Positions 9,751-20,977 of a stretch of 64,000 bases of DNA are shown in pieces. Within the stretch, counting starts at the first letter, position 1; each line of letters starts with the position of its first letter. A model generated the notes under the pieces. The model was given only the letters and a program-made list of their open reading frames with translations. It was not told where the DNA came from and did not search any database. The translations under genes were made by a program, and so were the position numbers. Source of the DNA: Podarcis muralis (Eukaryota); NCBI RefSeq assembly GCF_964188315.1, contig NC_135666.1, positions 20,150,001 through 20,214,000 of the forward strand, read 5' to 3'.

Positions 9751-10856
9751 AAATAATAATACAAATGTACAGTTCTGGTTGCTTTTGCATATTCTTTTAA
9801 TTTTTTTAATTATCTACAGAATTTGGTTCATCTGGAGCAAAAAATCAGCTTGCATGGGCAACTCAACGACAAGAGGTACCATATAATCTGGAATCTTGAA
9901 AGTGCTTGATAAGACAAATGTAAGCCTTGATAGCAGAAGCACAGACGTAATCTCATCTGAGATGCAGCACTGGCAACATATTTTGGAAAGAGCCACTGAA
10001 GTTGTAAAAGTACTTGCTACCCAAAACAGCACTGCATCGGAACACAGATATCCTGTTCATGCTCAGCAATAGCAATTCCTTAAAATGGTAAAGTTAATAC
10101 TGATAGTTGAAGCCACGGCTCTGAAATAATCCATTAACAAGCTATGCATAACCATTATCTAGGCAAATAATCAAAGTGAGATAATTCGGTTCTTTGCAGC
10201 GCAAGTAAAACAAAAGATTTTGGCTTTAATCAAGGCAGCAAATTATTCTTCACAGTCGATGGTAGTCACTAATAAATGGCTTTTGTTGCAGGGTGTGTGC
10301 CAGAGTGTCACAGAACATTCCACAGACAGGAATATGCTCTGGCAAAGTTAACCTGGGAGCATTACGTGAGGCTTGAAAATTGTGGAGTCACCCTTTGCAC
10401 TAGCGGCATTTAGACTTTTTCCTAATCTGGCCCTCCAGGTTTTCAGTAAGGAAAAAACAAAAGTACAAGGGTGCAGTTTTCCTCCCTTGCTCCAGGGATT
10501 CAGAAGCAAAATGACAAAAATTTACTGCAAGGATGCATCCGGCTAAACCTTTTGTCCAGGTGTTGTCTCTTCTGTCATTTTAAGGAAGACACATTTTTTG
10601 TCCCATGCAGTTTACCATATATGGATTGGAAAGCATTTATTTTAAAGCTCATCAGGCACAGACCTGATCAGTAATTGGGAGACCAGTGTAATGTTCATGT
10701 AAGAGCAGGGTCTACAAGTTTTCACACACACATGTATTGCTCCTACCCCAACTGTGAAACTACCCAAACCACTCACCTGTGAGAGCAGGTGGGAAAGAAA
10801 CTGTTTTGGTCAATTTTCCTTTCACCTCTGTGTACCTGGAATTTTTCATTTTGCTG

Positions 10857-11004
10857 AGCCTGGATAGCTCAGTTGGGTAGAGCGTGGTGCTGATAATGCC
10901 AAGGTTGCAGGTTTGATCACTGTATGGGACAAATGCATATTCCTGCATTGCAGGGGGTTGGACTAGATGATCCTCAGGGTCCCTTCCAACTCCACGATTC
11001 TATG
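10857..11004 (+). mobile_element. SINE with tRNA-Ile-like head and CR1 3' tail
   Basis: Head TAGCTCAGTTGGGTAGAGCGTGGTGCTGATAATGCCAAGGTTGCAGGTTTGATC resembles tRNA-Ile. Tail ATTCCTGCATTGCAGGGGGTTGGACTAGATG...ATTCTATG matches the CR1 3' end at 56420-56496. Confidence 0.85.
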
Positions 11005-11580
11005 CTGAACTTTTTCCACTGTCCTGGATAGGCAAGAGTCAGAAGTTTCTACATACAAATATACCTCTTTTTTCATTCTCCATCCAACAGGTTGAAGAAG
11101 ACAGCCTGGGATAAAAAATAAGATTCTTATTGATATAAAAGACAGAGCAGGTTTTTCACTCCCAGATTTGGAATCGTATTTTGAAGCTGCCTGCCTGTGT
11201 TGGATAAAAGACTGGATATTGCTAGAAAATACACAATTGCTAGATTTGGAGGGTCATGATGTCAAACACGGCTGGCATGCCTGTATCTGGTATGGTAAAG
11301 TGGGAATATGTAAAAGCTTCACCAGTCATGTCATTAGAGAAAACTTAATTAGGGTATGGGAAAAATACAAAAGCCTACTAGAAAACAAAACACCAAGGTT
11401 GTTCTCCCCAATAGAAGCTGAGACAAGGAAAAAATAATAATATGAGTGATAACACGGGTACCTATATTGAATTGTTAGATTTTTCAGAAGAAGAGCCCAA
11501 AATGAGGAAAATGGAAGAGATCAAAGAATTTGTATTGGATATCAAATCAATTCAAAATTTAAGGTAGATAAGCAATTGGA

Positions 11581-11632
11581 GCGTGCTATGGTCCATTGGG
11601 TCATGAAGAGTCAGACACAACTAAACAACAAC
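11581..11632 (+). mobile_element. 52-bp 3' end of BovB/RTE LINE inserted in the L1
   Basis: GTCCATTGGGTCATGAAGAGTCAGACACAACTAAACAACAAC resembles the BovB 3' end with (CAA)n tail. Exact 11-bp TSD AAGCAATTGGA at 11570-11580 and 11633-11643. Confidence 0.8.
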
Positions 11633-11853
11633 AAGCAATTGGAATTTGCAGAAAAACTATCACAATTTGGGGGGAAGAAACCTAAGATCCAGAGCTAAAA
11701 ATTTATCTAAAATGTATAGGGTGTTACTTGATTGGGAAATGAAAGAAGAATTTGTAAAATCATCTATAATCAAATGGGCACAGGCTGTGGGTCATAATAT
11801 TGATTTAAACCTGTGGGAACATTTGTGGAAAACAAATTTAAAATTCACCGCTA

Positions 11854-12199
11854 AAGGTAAAGGTAAAGGTACCCCTGCCCGACAGACTCTAGGGTTGTGC
11901 GCCCATCTCACTCTAGAGGCCGGGGGCCAGCGCTGTCCGGAGACACTTCCGGGTCATGTGGCCAGCGTGACAAGCTGCATCTGGCGAGCCAGAGCCGCAC
12001 ACGGAAACGCCGTTTACCTTCCCGCTAGTAAGCGGTCCCTATTTATCTACTTGCACCCGGGAGTGCTTTCGAACTGCTAGGTTGGCAGGCGCTGGGACCG
12101 AACAACGGGAGCGCACCCCGCCGCGGGGATTCGAACCGCCGACCTTTCGATCGGCAAGCCCTAGGCGCTGAGGCTTTTACCCACAGCGCCACCTGCGTC
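11854..12199 (-). mobile_element. full-length Sauria SINE inserted in the L1
   Basis: (GGTAAA)n tail at left, head CCACAGCGCCACCTGCGTC at right. TSD ACCGCTA at 11847-11853 and 12200-12206. CpG-rich, so likely young. Confidence 0.95.
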
Positions 12200-13119
12200 A
12201 CCGCTAGTTACACACTAAACAAGAACTGTTTAAAAATGATCCACAGGTGGTACTTGCCTCCAAATAAACTGGCTAAAATGTTTAGATCTAAACATGACTT
12301 ATGTTGGAAATGTAAAGAAACAACTGGAATATTTTATCATTCATGGTGGTCTTGCAGATTAATAAAAGAATTCTGGGAGATGATTTAAAATGAACTTAAG
12401 AAAATGTTTAAAAAGAACATTTCCTAAAAACCCAGAAGCTTTCCTTCCGGGAATAATGACAACAGAAATACCAAAAAAAAAACACACTACGTTATGGTTG
12501 TATGTGACCACATCTGCCTGAACTTTGGGAGCAGAAAAGTGGAGAACAGATGCAGTAAGATCACGAGAAGAATGGCACCTTAAAATAATAGATTATATAG
12601 AACTTGCCAGCATGACAAACAGATTAAGAAATAAAGACAATAAAAAACAAACAAAGAGGGCTGGGCATTATATTCAGATTTTGTGGAAAAATACTATAAC
12701 AAGAAAATAAGTGTAACATTGAAAAAATGCTCAACAGTAGACGGGACAAAATGGGACAGTATGGTAATAAAAATAATTTAGTAGAGTAAGAAAACACAGT
12801 TTGAAAAGATATAGGAAACCAGGAAAAGAATGGAACGGGAGTTGAAATCAAGGTTTATAAGAGTCAATTAAATTGGAGAAATAAGTTTCTGTTTTATTTT
12901 AAGTTAAGTTTTGCTTTTTTTCTTCCTTCTTACCTTGTACATGACTGTAACACAGTGTGCATTGATGATATGATTAAATAAAAAAGCAAATTTAAAAAAA
13001 TCCTGAGGGCCAGCTAGAGGCATGGAGGGGCGCATCAGGATCTGCAAGGTCCAAAGCTGCTGCTTTCCCCATTACACCTGAAAAACAGCCTAAAATTGTA
13101 TAAGGTTTGATGAAGGGTC

Positions 13120-13280
13120 ACAGCTCATTGATTTGTATACAGAATGTTCCTGGTTCAATCTCCAGTGTCTCTAATATGGGCTGGTAATGTCTGCTGCCTG
13201 AAACTAGAAAGTTACTCCCAGTCAATATTGAGCCAGGTAGGCAAAAAAACTGACTTGGTATAAGGCAGCATCCCAGGTTC
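13120..13280 (+). mobile_element. degenerate squamate tRNA-SINE (Squam2-like)
   Basis: CAGAATGTTCCTGGTTCAATCTCC...CCTGAAAC...GTATAAGGCAGC; same family as 52325-52653 and 53450-53630. Confidence 0.55.
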
Positions 13281-13367
13281 TTTCTTGTCAGCCCTGGGAC
13301 TGGCATAGTTAATTCCTTCCCTTTGCAGCCCATGAAAGAAGAAATGAAAGCTGCTTTTCCTGTGCAA

Positions 13368-13500
13368 NNNNNNNNNNNNNNNNNNNNNNNNNNNNNNNNN
13401 NNNNNNNNNNNNNNNNNNNNNNNNNNNNNNNNNNNNNNNNNNNNNNNNNNNNNNNNNNNNNNNNNNNNNNNNNNNNNNNNNNNNNNNNNNNNNNNNNNNN
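13368..13500. other. assembly gap (133 N)
   Basis: Run of N. Confidence 1.
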
Positions 13501-13664
13501 CATAGAATTGCTCAGCCTGCACGATAACGGCTGTCAATACCTGTTTTTTTCTTTAAAGCATAAACTCTATAAGGAAAAGTGTTTACAACTGAGTTGCGAA
13601 AATATTTACAAGTTTTCAGATAAAAATAATTTCCAAATACAGCTTTGAATTTGTCAGAATGTGA

Positions 13665-14387
13665 GATAACCATCCATTGCTAAATCCGGCCACTTTCCCC
13701 CTTTATAACATTACAGGAATTCGCCTTTCTTCTCTGTCCTTGGTCGTACCTCACCTTAACTACTGCAGTCTTCTCTCCAAACTTTTGTTGTCTCACCTTT
13801 GTCCACGTACATCCACCCTGCACTTTGCTGCCAAAATTACTCACCTCTCATCACTCTGACCGTGTGACTTCCTTCAACCCCTTCCCTGACTTCCTGTACA
13901 CACACAGATCTTGCACAAGCTTCTTGCCACCCCCTTCAAAAACCTCGTGGCCTTGCCCCTCCTTATCTCTCTGTACTTATTTCCCAACAGGTTCCTTCCT
14001 GTGAGTTTTCCTCATCAGGCTCTACCACCCACCAATGCCTAAAGATTTCCTGCTCCCTGAAATGACTTCATCCATTTTCCCTTCCTGCCCCTTATGCACA
14101 GAACGGCTTGTTGCATGACCACCTTAATCCCTTTTAAATCGCACCTCAAAACTCAAGTTCTCTGGGGAAACTGCCACATCTCGCCAATCCTAATTTAACT
14201 AAGCCAGAGTATATGTAATTGAAGGAATCGCGTCTCTCTCTTGCTTATCCATGCCTCAATCTCTCCCCCCCCCCCCAATTCTCTGTTGCTTCCCTGTGTC
14301 TATATTGTAAGCTCCTTGGGGCAGGGCCCTGTCATTCTTGTTCTTTGTAAAGTGCCATGTACATAGATGGTGCTATAAGTAAATAAT
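13665..14387 (+). mobile_element. L2 LINE 3' fragment
   Basis: Degenerate L2 ORF2 end and the typical tail TGTAAGCTCCTTGGGGCAGGG...TGTAAAGTGCCATGTACATAGATGGTGCTATAAGTAAATAA. Confidence 0.7.
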
Positions 14388-15021
14388 TCGCTGTGCTTTT
14401 TTAATATCCCAAGCCTTGGTGGTGAGTGGGAAAGGACTATGCCATTGGCTTTAACCTGGCCTTTCTCGGAGGGGCTAAGGATGCCACTGTTAGCCGTCAG
14501 GTGGCCAGAGAGATCGGGGCCTCTTCCCTAGCTGTGCCTGTGTTTGGAACGTGCAATTAAATGGTGGCATCTTTTCATCTAGTCATTCCCCCCCTTCCCT
14601 ATATTTCCACTACCCTTCAACAATCCCTGTGTTATTTCCTTACACCATCTCCACTGTGTTAAAAGCTTCCCATTCATGTTGCTGCCTTTTTTGCCTAGCA
14701 TGTCTAGCCATTGTGCTCTGTGCTCTAATGATATCAATAAACCTATCCATGCAGATCAGCATCAGAGTGTGAATGACATTTACATTTCCCCACGCAACTG
14801 GAAACGCACTCATTTAGATGCACCAAATATATTGCCGAACCTATTTGCTGGCTGGAAGCTGGATAAACTCGAGCAGCTTTTGTCACCCAGATGGATGGTT
14901 GGATGCAGAGGTCGGGAACCTCAGGTCCAGGGGCAGAATCCAGTCCTCTGGTCCTCTCTATCTGATACTTGGCTCTCCCCAGGCCAAACCCCCACCAGCC
15001 CTGGCCTACATTGCTTCCTTG

Positions 15022-15170
15022 TGGATAGCTCAATTGGTTAGCGCATGGTGCTGATAATGCCAAAGTTGCAGGTTCCATCCCCGTATGGGACAGCTGCATA
15101 TTCCTGCATTGTGGGGGGTTGGGCTAGATGATCCTTAAGAGTCCCTTCTAACTCCATGATTCTATGATTT
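15022..15170 (+). mobile_element. SINE with tRNA-Ile-like head and CR1 3' tail
   Basis: Second copy of the 10857 family. Flanked by TTCCTTG (15015-15021 and 15171-15177). Confidence 0.85.
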
Positions 15171-17646
15171 TTCCTTGGCTGGATTGTGTCCTTGAGCTAT
15201 GCTAATGCCTCTTGCTTGCTTGGATAGAGAGATGTATACGTGCTGCTATAGAAGCCTTGTTTGTGTACGTGTGGTTGGAATGTAGCCTGCTATGAAAAGG
15301 TAGGAGTTGCCTCCATTGCCCAATTTAGCCTCTGTTCCCATCAGCCACAGGTAAGCAGTACCTCCAAAGCATATCCACAAGGGACTATGGCCCTTAGGCA
15401 GAAAGATCTTCCCTACCCTAGCTTTAAGGGTGTTACTGCCTGGTCTATCTGTCAGTCAGATCCTTATTGTAACCCTCCCCAACTTTGCAGTCCTCTTAAA
15501 TAGCTCTTTTCCTAGGAAAACGTACAACACTTTTAAAATGACTACCCTTCAGCGCATCGCAGCGTGTTGTAATTACTGCCTTGTTTCAAAAACTCTTGGG
15601 TTCATTCTTCACAGTGCCACAGAAACTAATTCCCATAATGCCCCATACTTCAGTGTGAGTAGTCTCTTGTCAAATATGGTAGCAGCAAGTTATGTAATAT
15701 GCCAAAGAGAAATTATTTTATTTCAGATTTCACATCAGGTTGCAAACAAACGGGTTTCCTGACGAGTAACAAATGTTTTATTTGTTCTTTGTTTGCTGTG
15801 ATTGCCATTACCTTGTTATTAAACACTAAGGCGTCAAGAATATTGCCCCCCCCTTTCCATATGGTTGTTTTTGTTGCCTTCTGAAATGCATGCGCTGTTT
15901 CTGGCTTCACTCTTTTACACACAGCAATCCTTGCTATTTGCTTTCTCAAAATATTATGCCATTGCTCATTTGGCTTTCATTTGGAGCAGTTCTCTTAGTT
16001 ACAGTCTCTATACAGCTGGCTCACTCAGTACTCTAAATCTTAACAAGACTTCTTTAATTATTTCACCAAATAGGGTTTCATTTATTCTTTCTTTCATGTT
16101 CATGTTTTTATTGCAAGCACATGTCGGGGATGCCGTTCATCTGTTATGTCCTCTCATTTCTTGTTTTAAATTTCAAAATGCTCTGCATTTTGATGGCATA
16201 CGCTGGCTGCCAACTAGCTTCTAGGTCCAGCTTCAAGATATTAACATTGGAATATAAAACCTTTAATGGCTCAAGACTTAATACTTGATGGAACACTTCT
16301 CTGAAGCTCTGCCTACCCAGGCTTTAAGATCTGGTCCCATGTACAGCTGTGCTTCAGAATGTGCAGGCACAAGACAGGTCCTTCACTGTTGTGGTGCCCC
16401 AAATGCGGAACTGACACTGAAGATACACTTGGTCCCTGTCTTGTAGCCTTCCGGCATTCATCTTTTTTTCTTACTCTTTTAAATTACATTCATTGGGCAT
16501 AGCTGAGCCTATAAGTTATGTGTCTGCTTCACAGATGTATATACTGCTTGATTATTATTATTATTATTATTAAGTTTATGGTCTAATTTTACATAGAATA
16601 AATTTCATTGGATTAGATGTATACCATTTTGAGAACTTTCAGGGAGAAGGGAGCTGTAGAAATGTGATAAATAAAAATTACGAAGTGCTTCTTAGCAATA
16701 TATGCTGCCCCCACCTCTACTCACACATATACCTTGTGTCCAGCTAAGGCTGTCATCCTATGAAAAGTTAGGCATTTCTAAGTTGCCAATGAAAGAAAAA
16801 TCTTCCTTTCAAGTAGCCAGGAGCTACTTCCAGCTGGATTCTTGTAGTTCACTTTGCATGGAGTTGCCCTTGCAGACTATCCAGATGCTACAATTATTAG
16901 AGCAGAATGCAGCGGCCAGAACGTCAACTAGTCACATGATTCCAGCTAGCTGGAATCATGTGACACCTATACAGGATTCTAAAATATCACCATTGGCTGC
17001 TATGTAGGCTAAATGTTGACGGTGATGTTGACATACACAACTTAGCATCCAAATATCTAAAGGAGCGCCTTTCTGTGTACCAGCCTGTCAATGACCTTAG
17101 ATTTTGGGGAGGGCCTTCTCATTGTTCCATCTCTGGGAGTGGCGCATTATGTGATGATGTAGGATAAGACCTTCTCCGTACCCCGCAGTAGTCAAATGAG
17201 CTTATTTGATTCTGTTTTCCAAATCGTGTCCTCTTACATTTCTCAACAGTAATTTTATACATTCTGTGCTCTATTCCTGGCCAGTCCTTCAACATTTTGG
17301 CACACTGAGTAACAATTAAAATGCCACCCCTGTTTCCTCCCTGGCACATGACTGGCATTGCTGTCACCCACCCTTGTCAAGCTCGACAAGGGTCGTATCC
17401 TCTGGCGCACACGCCACCTGCTTCTGCTATGCTGCTTCCCAACTGTTTGTCAGGCAGCCAGCCCTGTGCTGGGGAGCTTCCAGGGTTGCCTCTCCGCACT
17501 TGTGACTGTGGCTCAAGTCATGCCTGAGGACAGTGCCGGCCATCACCAAATAGCTGTGAGGCAGATTGCACTGTGGAAAGAGAATGTGCCCAGTCAACTT
17601 GAAAGGGGTGTGTATGACAGTGTATGCTTAGCAGTGTGGGGGGGAG

Positions 17647-17974
17647 CATAGCTGTCAAGCGTCCCTTATTTGGCGGGACTGTCCCTTATTGCCGCTGCTG
17701 TCCCTTATTGATGATGTCCCTTAAATAAGCTGCTGAAGGTAATGGGGCCCTTTCTATGTCCAGCTATCCTTTGTCAACAACAAATTGTTGCTGTTTTTTT
17801 GTGTTGAATATATGCTATATGGTAATTTATGGACCTAATAGGTATCTAAAGCCATTTGCACGCAACAAAATTGTATTTTATCAAAGTAATTGTTGATCCC
17901 TTATTTTGGCTGCTGATCCCTTATTTTCGAGGCTGCTGGTCCCTTATTTTCAAATCTGTAAGTTGACAGCTATG
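17647..17974. mobile_element. hAT-type non-autonomous element
   Basis: TIRs CATAGCTGTCAA / TTGACAGCTATG. Seven TCCCTTA subterminal repeats. Left flank GGGGGGAG, right flank a poly-G run ending GGGGGGAG (8-bp TSD with G expansion). Confidence 0.75.
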
Positions 17975-19589
17975 GGGGGGGGGGGGGAGAAAGGAAGTGT
18001 CCCTACTATAGGCAATTGCCTTGTGTCACCTGTGGAAAAACTGGCTGTACCATGACCTTCCTTAGCTAATTTATTTCCTACAAAACCAGAGCAGCTCCTT
18101 TCCTATCAATTAGGAGTGTGTAGCAGCCAGAAGGTTTGGTTCAGATCAGATCCCATTTGGGGGTTTCAGAGAACAGTCAGATTTAATGTAAAGTGTTTTG
18201 GATGGTGCCCAGTCCAGTTTGGGTCCAAATCACAATCCTGAAAAATGAAGCTTTTTACTTGTCCTTCTGCCCCAACAGTTTTCTACTATTAATGTGATTG
18301 CACTAATTAAACACCTAGGGATTATTACTGGAATGCCCAGTAATATTATTGTTAGAATGTAGGTAGGATCGAAGCCACTGTTATTCCTGTGCCACCCAGA
18401 GTTTTCCTTGGGCAGATAATGCTTGTTATTAGGGTTTTGTTTCCCTAGTCACAGGTGGTTAAAAAAAAGCTGAGGGGGAATGACAATTTTCAGGAATGGA
18501 AGGGGTGTTGTTGTTGTTTTTTAAGCTGATGTGACAGAGATCTTGTCAGTTACTATTTCAATTTTCCATCGCCGCACTGAAAATTGCATTGTGTCATCAT
18601 CATATAGATTATTCCGAGGGGAATTATGGAGAGTCAGAGTGGGCACCATGATGGGAAATTAAAATGGCATTTCTGACAGGAATGAAGAAAAAGGAAGTGA
18701 GGACATCCTTTCAGCCTCTGACCTGACGCCGTTCCAAATTCAGAAAGTTCACATTGGTAAACCTGTGGCTCAGTCTTAGTTTCTGTTATAGCTTGCATTT
18801 GTCCAAGGAGGAAACCTGAATTCTGTGTTTGTGTGTGAGAGTGTGCAGAGTTCATGTGAAAAGAATTGTCCCTCATAAAGAAAAAAAATCCAAAATGTGT
18901 TTGGCATTTATAACTACAGTACAAGAGAGAGAGAGTTGAGAAGTCTTCCCTCTTTTGTTTTCTTCTGCTAGTTTAGGACCTTTTCTCTGACAATTATAAA
19001 AATGACCATACCAGAAGACATGGTTCTTATTCACTACCTGTCTTCAAGTACAAAATCTCTATAAAAGAGAACCTAAGAGGAGGAATGTCTCAATGGGAAG
19101 ATTTTTACTCTCCCAGTAAAAATCTGCTTGCCACATTATGTTTTAGTTAAAAACCTAATGTAACTTGCAGAATCCGCTGCTGAAAGTTCTCAGTATCTTT
19201 TCTGAAATAGATTTCTCCCTAAGAAGTGGTATGATGGTAGTCCCACCAAATCTTGCAACCTTGTGGAAGTCGCTGCTTGTTGAGCATAACAAAAACCTAA
19301 GGGAAGGATGGAGACCCTTCACAAAAACGGAAACCAAAACGAGGAAGTTGGTGCTAATCAGTGACTGCTGAGAGGCAGGATGCCCAGAGCTAGTGGGCCA
19401 GGAAACCTCCGTCCAGAAAAAATACTTTCAGTGGCAGGTCATGAACTCTTTGTAGACTTGATTGCATGAGCAGGATGGTATTTTGTGACCGAACAATTTG
19501 CAAAGGTCCTGTTTGTACAGAGAACATTTTTAGATGTTCAGTTGCTCCTTAATATATTTATATCCTGCCTCAAAGCTTTTTCACTGTAG

Positions 19590-19910
19590 CTTTATTTATT
19601 TTAAACGTTTATATCCCACTTTAACAAGAAATGTCAATGTAGCTAACGGCAGCACATAGCCATAAAAACATCAAAAACATCATAAAAAGTCAAGAATAAA
19701 ATTACACAAAAGCAGCAGCCTGCAAACCCCAGTATTGGCAGTAGTTTTTTAAAAAATCCCAGAGTAGTCAGCCAGCACAAAAACTTCCCCTCCAAAGTCA
19801 TGCGCTCACTCAGTGGTGAAATGCAAATAGTGATGGGGCTAGCTGGGCCTTCCTGTGAACATTATTCGAGGGTGTTGACATCATCAGTGAAAACGCCATG
19901 CTCTTTTCGC
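19590..19910 (-). mobile_element. L2 LINE 3' fragment
   Basis: TTTATTTATTTTAAACGTTTATATCCCAC tail on the plus strand, followed by degenerate L2 3' sequence. Confidence 0.5.
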
Positions 19911-20450
19911 ACAGTTGTTCATTGGAGCAGTACGAGTTCTTCCACTTAAAGCAGTGAAAGCAAGTGTAGTATAAAAACTCTGTTCTTTTAATTCCCTTAG
20001 GGGAGGAAAATGTAGAAGGGATTTGTGAAATCCTACATGCGAACAGTGAACTCAGTTCTCAGCGTGGTTCCTTACGTAGCCCAAACAGTTGAGGAGATGG
20101 GTACGCCAACGTTTACAGAAGTAGAAAACTTACTTTTTTGGCCGGGGACGACTACCCCTTAGTGAGGGATGGGGTTGACTCCTACAGTCACTGTGTATCA
20201 AGTTGAGTGTATCAAGTCACGGGAATCAAGTTGAGGTAGTTCGTCTCGAGGGATGCAAAGCACTAGGGACCAGTTGCCAACAGATGTTGAATGGATGAAA
20301 CCAGGATGCAACAAACAAATATATGCTGCTGCTTAGATAACAATAAAACACAACTTGCTTGATCCAGGATAAGGGTCCTTACACCTGGAAATATGCCTCA
20401 TTAAATTCCACAGGGTTTACTTCTGAGTTGTTGTTTGTTTTTTAAAAAAA

Positions 20451-20977
20451 CCTTTAAAGCCCTATAAGGCCTAGGACCCTTGTACCTACGGGACTGCCTC
20501 TCCTGGTATGCCCCACGGTCTGCAAATAACAACATCTTGGAGGTCCTGGGCCTCAAGGAGATTAGACTGGCCTTGAGCAGAATGCTCTGTCACAAGAGAC
20601 CAGGGCCCTGTGGGATCTGACATCTTTCTGCAGGGCCTGCAAGACGGAGCTGTTCCACGGCCAGGCCTTTGACCGGAGTCCAGTCTGACTCCCCCCCTCT
20701 CCTTATAAGAACTTGCATGAAAGTGACTCCCCAACTTTTTTCACAGGCTCATATAAGATCAGTATAAACAGTTAGGCCTGGTGAGCATTTAAGGTCCCCA
20801 TCCCTAATTTGTGGGTTGCCATTTGATTAGATTTCACTTTGATTCTGATATTTTAATTGATTGCTTGATTTTATGGTAATATGTTATATATTTGATGTTA
20901 GCCACTCTGAGCCCGGTTTTGGCTGGGGAGGGTGGGATATAAATAAAATTTAGTAGTAGTAGTAGTAGTAGTAGTAG
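20451..20977 (+). mobile_element. L2 LINE 3' fragment with (TAG)n tail
   Basis: CTTTAAAGCCCTATAAGGCCTAGGACCC...GCCACTCTGAGCCCGGTTTTGGCTGGGGAGGGTGGGATATAAATAAA followed by (TAG)9. Confidence 0.7.

Larger units (their letters stand above)
11060..13000 (+). mobile_element. L1-clade LINE, 5'-truncated (ORF2 C-terminal part, 3'UTR, A-rich tail)
   Basis: Translation includes IKDRAGFSLPDLESYFEAACLCWIKDWI and KMIHRWYLPPNKLAKMF...CWKCKETTGIFYHSWWSC (CCHC motif). Stops and frameshifts present. Ends ATTAAATAAAAAAGCAAATTTAAAAAAA. Confidence 0.85.

Noticed and set aside
10857-10935. tRNA-Ile(GAT)-like and tRNA-Lys-like sequences (also 15022, 48294, 52915, 53807) as tRNA genes
   Set aside because: Stems are disrupted, there is no T-run terminator, and each is fused to a CR1 tail. 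They are SINE heads.
11646-12080. 144-aa ORF as a novel gene
   Set aside because: Chimeric translation of L1 ORF2 remnant running into the antisense Sauria SINE.
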